From Octopus sinensis (lineage: Eukaryota), in the NCBI RefSeq assembly GCF_006345805.1, contig NC_042997.1, positions 126,480,001-126,544,000 on the forward strand: a stretch of 64,000 nucleotides of DNA. Reading direction: 5' to 3'. A program made the translations under genes and the position numbers. Position 1 is the first letter of the stretch, and every line of letters begins with the position of its first letter. Under the pieces are notes generated by a model. That model was not told the DNA's origin, did no database searches, and worked only from the letters and a program-made list of their open reading frames with translations. Positions 54,058 through 64,000 of the stretch are shown one piece after another.

Positions 54058-54570
54058 ATATATAATTATATAAATATAATTAAGAGCACTGGAGGAACAG
54101 CTCTTATACTAGAGAGAGAGACATGAAATGACTATAAAACATTTTGAATTTGCACTCCATTAGACCAAGGTTGAATGTGAGGAAAATGGATAAACAGGAT
54201 TTTGTAAAACTTAGGTTAACCCTAAATCTTCAGATTTCTGGTTCAGAAATAAATACTCTACATTCATAAGTAGGGTATACCAACCATACATAAATGAAAA
54301 TACATACACATACCCATACAATACTTGTATGGGTAGGGATATGTATGCTCTACTGATGAAGGTGGAGCATTTATTACTAAACCAGAAATCTGAAGATTTA
54401 GGGTTAACCAAAGTTTTATGAAATCTTTTTCATCCATTTTCCTCACAATCAACCTTGTGCTAATGGAATGCAAATTCAAAGTGGATTATAGTTGTTTGAT
54501 GTCTATCTCTAGCATAGGTGCTGTTTCTCCAGTGCCCTTAATTATAATTATATTTATATAATTATATATA
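54058..54570. repeat. ~510-bp foldback element made of two divergent hammerhead-bearing arms
   Basis: Left and right halves are imperfect reverse complements, e.g. ttaaccctaaatcttcagatttctggtt / aaccagaaatctgaagatttagggttaa. Confidence 0.9.
54347..54404 (+). ncRNA. Type I hammerhead ribozyme-like motif in the right arm of a foldback element
   Basis: gctcta CTGATGA a ggt-loop-acc a GAAA tct-ga-aga T T tagggt: intact core and three plausible stems. Folded by eye; activity untested. Confidence 0.6.
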
Positions 54571-55845
54571 TATATATATATTGGTTTTACTAATTCGGTT
54601 TTTATCATATGCTGGCCACTAATAAAATCATTAATTTTTGATGATTTTTATCTTTAATTGTGTATGTATACACACACACACACACACACACCACACACAC
54701 ACACTCAAACACATCAGGCCATTAAGAATAAAATGTCTGATTTTCTTATGCACCAAGTTTAACAGTTGTTAACTCTAATGTTTTATCCTAACAATTCTTT
54801 GTTTTACAACATTGAAGAGCTACATCATTACTTTTTGAAATGTAATTCATGGCGTCTGGTTATATTGTGAGTTTCCTCTTGTAAATCAATTTTTGTGAAC
54901 CCAAGGATAGATAAAAAATTCGTGTTGTTTATGAATATGAATTCCGCCGTGGAAACAAATGCATGTCAGACATCTTGAAACATCAATGAAGTGTTTGGTG
55001 AAGATGTGGCAAATGAGTGTACTGTACATTGATGGTTTGAGAAGCTCCTGTCTGGTGACTTTACTCCTGAAATCAGGCCTATAGTAGACTTAAGACTGAG
55101 GTGGATAATGATGAGCTGGAAACTGTAGTGGAAGTGGATATGAACTATGCATGAGTTAGCAGCAAGGTTTGATGTTCTGATTCTAACTGTATTGGACCAT
55201 CTGAAACAAATCAGCAAGGTAAAGAAGCTGGACAAGTGGGTACCACATGAAGTGAACGAGTATCAAATGACATGTTGTCTTGAAACTTGCTGTTCTTTGT
55301 TGTTGTAGCATAAAAGCAAACCCGTTTTGCATTGTATGATGAAAAATGGATTCTTTTCAACAATAGCAAGTATTCTGCATGGTGGTTGAATAGAGACAAA
55401 GTGCCAAAACACAACCCAAAAAAGAATATTCACCAAAAAAGCTAATGGTGGCTGTTTGGTAGTTCATTGCTGGTGTCATCCACTACAGCTTCATGAGACC
55501 TGGTAAGTCAATTACAGCGGAGGTATACATCAACCAGTTAGATGAAATGACGAGTGATCTGGTTAATAGAGACAGGCCAATTCTCATGTAAGACAATGCT
55601 CAGCCACATGTTACACAAAGAACGCTACTCAAGTTACAGGAATTGAACTTGGAAGTACTTTGTCACCTTACCATATTCACCAGACCTTGCACGTTTCCAG
55701 GCATTTGACAACATTTTGCAAGGAAAAAACTTCAAATCTGAAGAAGATGCAAAAATAGCCATTCATGATTTCATCATCTCTTGCTCTCCAGAGTTCTTCA
55801 TTTCCAGAATAAATAAGCTACTGATACAGTGGCAAAATTAATATA

Positions 55846-57132
55846 TCAGGTCATATCATAAGTTCTGTTCGAATTTTGAATAAAGAAAACAAGTGATCAA
55901 ATGTTATATTTAATTGAAATTTAATCATCAATGTACTTTCCCTGATTATCTATGACTTCCTCCCATCTATTTACAAGCTTTTTAATTCCATCAATGTAAA
56001 ACTCTTTTGGTTTCAAAGCGAAGATCTCTGAAATGTCAGTTTCAACCTCCTCCTGGCTTGCGAAAGTTATGTCCCCCAAATGATTCTGTAAACTATGAAA
56101 CAAATGGTAGTCTGAAGGAGCAAGGTCAGTAGAATAAGGTGGATGAGGAATTTTTTCCCAACCCAGCTCTTCGATCTTCTGTGATGTGATCTTTGCAGTG
56201 TGGGGTTGCACATTGTCCTGATGAAAGATCACTCCTTTTAGATTCACTAAAGCGGGTCTTTTTTTTCTTCAAAGCTTGGTTCAAACACTCTAATTGCTGA
56301 CAGACTTGAGTATTGATTGTTGCATTAGGTGGTAACAATTCAAAGTGAATTACCCCTTTGCAATCCCACCAGATAGAGAGAAGAACCATTTTTTCCATGA
56401 AGTTCCCTTTTCGGTTGTGGTTGAGCTTTTTCCGTTTTACCAAGCCACTGTTTACAACGTTTAACATTTCGAAAGGAGATCCATTTTCTGTCACCAGTCA
56501 CAAGTCTATCCAAAAAGGGTAAAATGAGTTCGCAAGAATGGAGAGAAGAGCAGATGTTAACTCAAGATTTGCAATTGCTTTCGGACAATTCATGAGGCAC
56601 CCATTTTCCAAGTTTAGGAACCTTTCCAAGTTGTTGAAGATGACGATGAACAGTTGTATGGTTTGAACTAAGCTTTATTGCCAATTCTTTAACTGATAAT
56701 GCAGGATTTTCTTCAAGTAATGCCTCAAGGAGCTTATCATCAAATTCAACTGGACGTCCTGTTCGATCTTCATCTTCAAGGCTGAAATCTCCACTTCTGA
56801 ATTTTGCAAACCATCTTCTGCAAGTTCTTTCATTCAAGCATTCTTTCCCATAAACTGAGTGTATGTTTCGAGTCTCTTCGGCTGCAGAGTTTCCTTTTTT
56901 GTACTCATAAAGCATTATGTGCCTTAAATGCTCTTTGGATACTTCCACGTTAGAAAGGTTTTAATCAAAGAAATTTCAATTCTATTATTTTGTAAAATAA
57001 TATTTAATTAGTTTAAATGTATAGAAATGCATAAAAATAATTCTTAATTCCATTAGCCATTCTAAAATACTATTACATTTCATTCAATTTAAAAAAAAGG
57101 CAAAATTGGACAGAACTTATGGCATGACCTGA
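55846..57132 (-). mobile_element. Full-length mariner element B, TA TSD, inserted antisense into element A
   Basis: TIRs TA-tcaggtcatatcataagttctgttcgaatttt / aaaattggacagaacttatggcatgacctga-TA; 1287 bp. Confidence 0.95.
55921..56948 (-). pseudogene. Mariner transposase (Hsmar1/SETMAR-like) pseudogene with frameshifts
   Basis: ORFs 56562-56948 (MEVSKEHLRH...WVPHEL), 56126-56494 (VLLSIWWDCKGVIHFELL) and 55921-56247 (FHQDN...PHPPYSTDLAPSDYHLF). Confidence 0.95.
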
Positions 57133-58195
57133 TAGGTGTATACTTTGATTAACTGCATTGCTTTTTGTTGAGATAAAATAAAATAAACTTTCAGTTCAAA
57201 ATCAGACATTTCATTCTTAATGACCTGATATATTATATAGTTATATATAGGCGTAGGAGTGGCTGTGTGGTAAGTAGCTTGCTTACCAACCACATGGTTT
57301 CGGTTTCAGTCCCACTGCATGACACCTTGGAAAAGTGTCTTCTACTATAGCCTCAGGCCAACCAAAGCCTTATGAGTGGATTTGGTAGACGGAAACTGAA
57401 AGAAGCCCGTCGCATATATGTATATATATATATGAGTGTGTGTGTGTGTGTGCATATGTTTGTGTATCTGTGTTTATCCCCCCCAACATTGCTTAACAAC
57501 TGATGCTGGTTTGTTTACGTCCCCGTAACTTAGCGGTTCGGCAAAAAAGACCGATAGAATAAGTACTGGTCTTACAAAAAATAAGTCCTGGGGTTGATTT
57601 GCTTGACTAAAGGCGGTGCTCCAGCATGACCACAGTCAAATGACTGAAACGAGTAAAAGAGTATACACACACACACATATATATATATGTATATATACAG
57701 AGATATGTGTATGTATATGTACATTTATGCACACACACAAACTCTCACCCACACACATGTATGTATGCGTGGGTATATGTATATATGATGGGGGAGTCAG
57801 TCTTGATGTTGAATATTTAGTTGTGTAACCAAATGAATTAATTTTCATGAAATTTCTATGTAAATGGTTGAGAATTCCAAGGAGCTATGTATCCTTAATG
57901 CAATTCTGAGACTAACTCAGTATGACACAATGTGAAAACACTTTGAATTCCAGGAAAATTCTTGAGAGTAAAAGAGTAAGAAAAGAATCATCCTCCCAGC
58001 AAGTATTGCACGTGTAGTTTATTTATCCACCCAGAAAGGATAAAAGGCAAAGCTGACCTTTGAAGATATTCAACACAAAGAACAGAGAGCCAGAATGAAT
58101 ATCTTAAGACATTCTGAAGCTGGAAATAGGCAGAATTGTTGGAGCATCAAAATGTGTGTGTGTCTTCATTATACATACATACATACATACATACA

Positions 58196-58226
<31 letters not shown>

Positions 58227-58246
58227 GCATACGTACATACGCACAT

Positions 58247-58284
<38 letters not shown>

Positions 58285-58388
58285 TGATAGAAATGGTAAG
58301 ACAACAAAAGAATGAAAGAGACCTCGATATTATGTAAGTAGAGGAATTTATCTGTAAATATAATATGTGACAACTATTCGGTAGCCAT

Positions 58389-58449
58389 GATAAAACTCCG
58401 AGTTTTGGATGTCGGGGTGGAAACCCACACCACCATCTCTTCAGTTATC
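58389..58449 (-). ncRNA. Decayed hammerhead-like motif, third family (paralog at 43883-43943)
   Basis: Reverse complement: gataa CTGAAGA gatg-loop-catc c AAAA ctc-g-gag T T ttatc. Stems I-III pair, but G12 is replaced by A in both copies. Confidence 0.4.
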
Positions 58450-58669
58450 CGGCCATCGAAAAAATGCTATAAAAATGACCATACATATATATATGGTGAT
58501 GGTTGGCATGAGGAAGGCCATCCAGCTGTAGAAACCATGCCAAATCAGGCTGGAGTTTGGTGCACCCCCTTGGCTAACCAGCCCTCGTCAAACCATTCAA
58601 TCCACACCAGCATGGACAATGGACATTAAATGATGATGATGACGATGATGATGATAATATATATATATA

Positions 58670-60757
58670 TCTTATATATATAATGCTGAAGTTTTCTGTG
58701 TTTGTGTGTGTGGACAATTCCATACAACCGCAATTATCTTGTGAACCTTTCATCCGACTTCATTGAAATTTTATACAGAGCTTCGTTTGCCAAGAACCAC
58801 ATCTACTTATTCTTTCGAAAATCGATATTGGGGCCTGTTGAGCAGTTCGAGACGTGAGATGCGTTGTACTCACATGTGAGCATTACTCAATCAGCTGTTA
58901 AGTGCACGCAAAGATTCCTCAAAAATGCTGCAGCAATTAGACATGAAAACAAGACGTTTTTTATTGCTAGGTATAAACGTATACTTAAGCAAATTTTCAA
59001 AACGTTTATTTTTTACATTGGCTGGTCATGTTAGGAATGTCATTTTGTTATCTTATATAGTCGACACTTTTTTCTTACACAGTGGTTTTTTTGAAGGAAA
59101 TATAATAATAAATGTATCTTTTTTTAATTTGATAATAACTTTGGTGCTAAAAAACGTGCATTATTCACCTAAATTGTTTGTAAAAAAATAATGCAGGGTA
59201 GTTCAAACGTGGGTAACAGTTATGAAAAACAAAAGCATTATCACGCTTACTGTATTTCGTTTTTATTACATTCCTGTTGTTTCAGTAAGTAAACTGTCAA
59301 TTGTAAAATTTTTGTTTTCACTTGGATTTATTTTCACTCTTTGCACTTGAAATAAAAGGTACGTTTCCTTGGGATTATTTTTTTTTACATATTTGGCAAC
59401 CAACAATTCCTAAACTATTTCTATGATAAGTTTAACATTTGACTTTGTACTATTTATCGTTTTGCTCATGATATTAATACTTGAAAATTCGTCGTTACAT
59501 TAACAATATTACAGAGTTGTTCATTTAAGGGTTAGTCTATAAATCAAAGACTTTAAAATATTCTATTTTTGGTATTTTTGACCACCACTGGTCCCATTAT
59601 TTTATGACAGAACATCTTGTTACAAACTGGGCTTCCCACTTCGCCATTTTCTTCTCAACTCCTCCAAATCGGCAATGGTCGACTAGAGTCTGATGACAGT
59701 GGACACTTCTACAATTGGCCAGTCTGTTTCCACGCCCCATGATCTCTGCTCTTCCGTGTATCCTAATTTATTGACTGACTTCATGAAAACCGATTGGCTT
59801 TGTGAGAGGGCTATTCTTGTGCCCACAAATGCTGCAATTAAGCTTATCAATCACGAGTTAGTCCTTTGCCTTCCATTCAATGCTGTTACAAGTCAGTTGA
59901 TACTGTTACTTACTTTAATCAAGCTACCAACTTCCCAACAGCGTTTCTCAATGTGCAGGATCCTCCTGGACTACCTCCTCATGAGTTGTATTTCAAAATA
60001 GGAGCTTCCGTTATCATTTTGCATAATTTAAACTCACCCGTTCTTCGTAATGGAACACGACTGGTGGTCAAACAACTTATGAACCTTGTGATTGAGGCAG
60101 AAATCATCACAGGACCTGGGCGAAATGAAACTGTTTATATTCCCAAAATTCCATTCATTCCTTCTGACTGCCCATTTCCGCTGAAAAGGTTGCAATTCCC
60201 CCATCAAGCTGAGTTTTGCCATAACCATCAACAAATCCCAAGGTCAATCTCTTAAAGTTGTTGGTTTAGATCTTCGGACCCACTGTTTTTCACATGGCCA
60301 GTTTTATGTTGGCTGTTCCAGAGTTTGTGATCCTGAGAACCTTTTTATTTATGCTCCTAACAATAAAACAAAAGTCGTTGTATATAAATATGCTCTTCAA
60401 TAATCCTACACACACCATCCACCTTTTTTATGTCGTTTTGTCCATCCATCAATTTGCTCTTTTTTGTCCAATCTATTTTGCCTCTCCAACCTATGTACAA
60501 ATTATTGACTTTTATTCATGTTACTTTTCCAATTTATGATACGTTTTCACTATAGTCAAAATATGTTAACTTAGAAGGGATTTCTGCTTTTACATAGGAT
60601 GACGGAAGACACAAAGCTCACTGAATTAGTGCCAGTGGTTTTCATGGGGTTATATAAAGGATGATATCCCTCTCTGAATTAAAATTTGACTTTTGATAGG
60701 TTAACAAGCTGATTCAAGAGCAACTTAAACTGTTTAAAGGACGGGTACTTCAGCTTG
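58670..60757 (+). mobile_element. Internally deleted Helitron (~2.1 kb) retaining the PIF1-like helicase C-terminus
   Basis: A|TCTTATATATAAT 5' end; gacgggtacttcagCTTG|T 3' end (CTAG variant, hairpin decayed); helicase remnant inside. Confidence 0.75.
59693..60403 (+). pseudogene. Helitron RepHel helicase C-terminal fragment (frameshifted)
   Basis: WLCERAILVPTN, GLPPHEL, LRNGTRLVV, FAITINKSQGQSL, FSHGQFYVGCSRV across three frames. Confidence 0.92.
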
Positions 60758-60798
<41 letters not shown>

Positions 60799-61089
60799 TT
60801 GTCTCCGAAATGTGGAGTAGATGAAACACAGACAACTGATGAAGGGGAATATTCTTTATGTTACATGTCTCATTTCTCTGTTTTTTTTCATTGTTCGAAA
60901 AGACAGTTCATTTTCTATGTTTTTGTTTTTATGTTTTCGTTTCTCATTGTGTTCAACGTTTTTTGTTGATGTTCTGTACCCATATATGCCTGTATATATT
61001 CATATATATGTATGTACATATATGTATGTGTATATGCATAAATTTATATATTATTTATATTATATGTATATATATATATATTATATATA

Positions 61090-61188
<99 letters not shown>

Positions 61189-61216
61189 TATATATTACAT
61201 TGGAGCACAGTATATA

Positions 61217-61250
<34 letters not shown>

Positions 61251-61341
61251 CAACTGTGCTCCAATGCAACCATATACATATACATAAAAATGATGATGAT
61301 GATGATGATATATGTTCCAAGATGTTCTTTTTTTTTTCCAG

Positions 61342-61513
61342 CCAGCTGACAGTTCTTCTTGACCTGACTGATAAGAAAACCTCAGTGACTGTCACTGACA
61401 TAGCACTGAAGAAGGCAATAGAATCGGTGCAGATGACATGGGTAACAATGAAGCCCCCTGTTGGCCAAATCACTGAGGAAGTGGCTAACAAGATGCCATT
61501 AACTGACACAGAG
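61342..61513 (+). CDS. Internal coding exon of an unidentified host gene ([57 protein letters not shown]; phase 2 in, phase 0 out)
   Basis: Acceptor ttctttttttttttccAG, donor GAG|GTAAGT, 172-bp open frame with higher GC and protein-like composition in otherwise repetitive DNA. Protein family not recognised. Confidence 0.75.
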
Positions 61514-62386
61514 GTAAGTTTCGAGTGGACCAACATTGAGGCTTTCATTCCTTAAGGTTACTATTCATACTTCATTCATGCTTCTACTGTGCTTGAGAAA
61601 GGTATGAACACCACACCTACATGTATGTATGAAGCCTAAGAAAATACTGAGATTATTAGAGATGTGATAGCACTCAGCCAGTTATGATGAGAAGCATGCC
61701 AGTTGATCTGATTTGTGGAACAGCCTGCTAGTGAAATTAATATGCAAGTGGCAGAGCACTCACCCCACAGTCAGGCGGTACTGGCATCGACCAGAAAGGC
61801 GGCGAGCTGACAGAAACATTAGCACGCTGGGTGAAATGCATAGCCGTATTTCGTTTGCCGTTACGTTCTGAGTTCAAATTTTGCTGAGGTCGACTTTGCC
61901 TTTCATCCTTTCGGGGTCAATAAATTAAGTACCAGTTACGCCCTGGGGTCAATATAATTGAATTAATCTGTTTGTCTGTCCTTGTTTGCCCTCTCTGTGT
62001 TTAGCCCCTTGTGGGTAGTAAAGAAATAGGTACTGGCATCGACCATGCTTGAATGGTGCTTTTTATGTGCCATTGGCATGGGAGCCAGTCAGGTGGCACT
62101 GCCAACAACCACACTTGAATGGTGCTTTTTACATGCCACCAGCATGGGACCAGTCAGCCAGCACTGGCATTGACTACACTCAAATGGTGCTTTTTACATA
62201 CCAATCAGGCGGTACTGAACACCAGGCATTCAAGCATTCATAGCAGGGGTAAGCAAGTTTCTTATATCATTGATCCCTTCATAGAATCGTTGATAACTTA
62301 TCAATCCCATCTTGTAAATTTCTAACAAAAGGTATAATTAATAAAAAATTTCTTTATTTAAAACAATAATTATTTTGTTGTGTCTA

Positions 62387-62612
62387 GGGAGAGTCATTTT
62401 CTTTTTGTGCCTTATAATGGAACACACTCACCGGTAAAATTTCCACTTTTTTCTTATTTTTATTTTCCTAAAATTTTCGTTGCATCTTGCAACCTTTTCA
62501 ATAGTTTTGCAAGATGCAACGAAAATTTTAGGAAAATAAAAATAAGAAAAAAGTGGAAATTTTACCGGTGAGTGTGTTCCATTATAATACACAAAAAGAA
62601 AATGACTCTCCC
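62387..62612. repeat. Near-perfect 226-bp palindrome (MITE-like; 106-bp arms, 14-nt loop)
   Basis: 62387-62492 versus 62507-62612: 104/106 complementary. Confidence 0.95.
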
Positions 62613-64000
62613 CTGACAGAATATTCTTCAACACACGAACTCACATAAAGAATCTTGCAAACCAAATCCAAAAACGAAATAATTATTTTGTTTTATTGCT
62701 TCATTACCACTTTTTAATAAGAAATATTTAAAGAAATCTAATAAAATACCTAATGAAATTAATGAAGAACAATAACTTTCAGTCATATAATATTGACATA
62801 ATCAGTATATTTAATGTGAGATATATTGTTTAATGAATACTAATTATTATCAAAGTACTTGATTGGATGTTAGTGAGTCTTAGCCTTAAATTACCACACT
62901 CTTCAAAATAATTTAGCACCCTTAATACTCAAGATCATTTCAGATGTTTATTCATCCCTTGGCTAGTCACATAGATCCCCAAGGGTCAATGTTGTCCATT
63001 TTATTGACTCTGTGCCAAACTCCTTTTTTAAAGGCTTGTATTAAATATTGGTTTCAAATTTTGGCACAAGGCCAGGGTGTAAGTCCATTACATCGACTCC
63101 AGTGCTCAACTGGTATTTATTTTATTGACCCTGAAAGCATGAAAGACAAAGTCGACCCTGGTGGAATTTGAACTCAGAATGTAAAGATGCTAAGCATTTT
63201 GCCTGACATGCTAACAATTCTGCCAGCTTGCTGCCTTACATGTGTTGAATATTAATAAAAAGAAAAATGAAGACTCACCATTGAAGTAGATGCCGGTTCA
63301 TTGTAAAGTAAAATCTCTAATTGCTGTTGGTGCTCATTTACAGTAATGTGCCACCTGATCCATGAATCAAACCCCTGACATTACAATTGTGACTCCAACA
63401 TCCTAACCACTAGATTATGTTCCTGAGAGATACATATTCCCTTGTGCAAGAGGCTGGTCTTTTATAAGTAACAAACCTAATACCCGAATCTAATCCTCAG
63501 TAAACTGAGGCAAATGGATTTAATATCTTGATCAGAGACACAAATGGGATGATATTGGTTGAGTATGAGCCAATGAAATATGAACCTTAGTTCAATATCT
63601 TACCTCTTAGGCTACTTTTTACTTTAACCTTTAGTACACTATATTTTCTCTAGAATTGTTTTCCCTGCCACTTCCCTGTTATCACAGGGGGGAGAACTTA
63701 TATGGTGAAATGATGCACCTACAGTATGCCAAAGGTTAATAACACAGACATAAGATCTTACCTCGCTGAAAAATATTTTCTTTGTAGTTCATACTCAGTC
63801 TTCTCTCAGCCTCCATTCTTGCTACTGTCACTGTCTATTACTATTTACACTTCAGCTACATTTCAGCTACACTCCAGCTACACCCCAACTACACTTCAGA
63901 TACACTCAGACTTATTGCTGCATTGTTTTCTACTCTTAACTGTTGTAAACCTGAAGTTACAATGTAAGCTTTCAGGTCAAAAGCTGACACATTGATATTT

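Larger units (their letters stand above)
54714..57228 (+). mobile_element. Mariner element A (degenerate, ~1.23 kb net) carrying nested mariner B
   Basis: TIRs tcaggccattaagaataaaatgtctgatttt / aaaatcagacatttcattcttaatgacctga+TA; transposase remnants YEYEFRRG, WVPHEV, DEKWILFN, DNAQPH. The C-terminal GVYFD* resumes at ~57135, after element B. Confidence 0.85.

Noticed and set aside
60800-60860. tccGAAA...CTGATGAagggg arranged like a type II hammerhead
   Set aside because: No stem I hairpin or UH cleavage triplet can be formed.
61557-61601. 45-bp in-frame segment with AG...GTATGA right after the exon
   Set aside because: Would require a 43-nt intron; more likely chance splice-like motifs.
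63270-63830. Two strong minus-strand donors (atg|GTGAGT near 63278, cgag|GTAAGA near 63765)
   Set aside because: Matching acceptors are weak or lie in a SINE head; the joined peptide is not recognisable.

Overview
AT-rich, repeat-saturated eukaryotic DNA. The SINE families, microsatellite load and transposon mix point to a coleoid cephalopod, most likely Octopus (inference from repeat content, not from a database search). Only two convincing host-gene exons are visible, both on +: 4151-4257 and 61342-61513. They are phase-compatible, so most of the window may be one ~57 kb intron of an unidentified gene. The rest is mobile-element material: at least five SINE-like families; three full-length but decayed mariner elements (one nested in another mariner, one in a hAT-like MITE); two Helitrons; CR1/L2-like, RTE and R4/Dong LINE fragments; two Penelope-like (PLE) RT remnants; a scattered Ty3/Gypsy relic; several foldback elements; SINE-derived minisatellites; and long microsatellites. 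Nearly all ORFs in the supplied track are microsatellite or SINE artefacts. The most interesting signal is three unrelated short repeat families with hammerhead-ribozyme-like folds. One family has the variant core CUGUNGA in its three clearest copies, and two families occur as head-to-head inverted pairs. No prokaryotic-type system, CRISPR array, rRNA or intact tRNA gene was seen.
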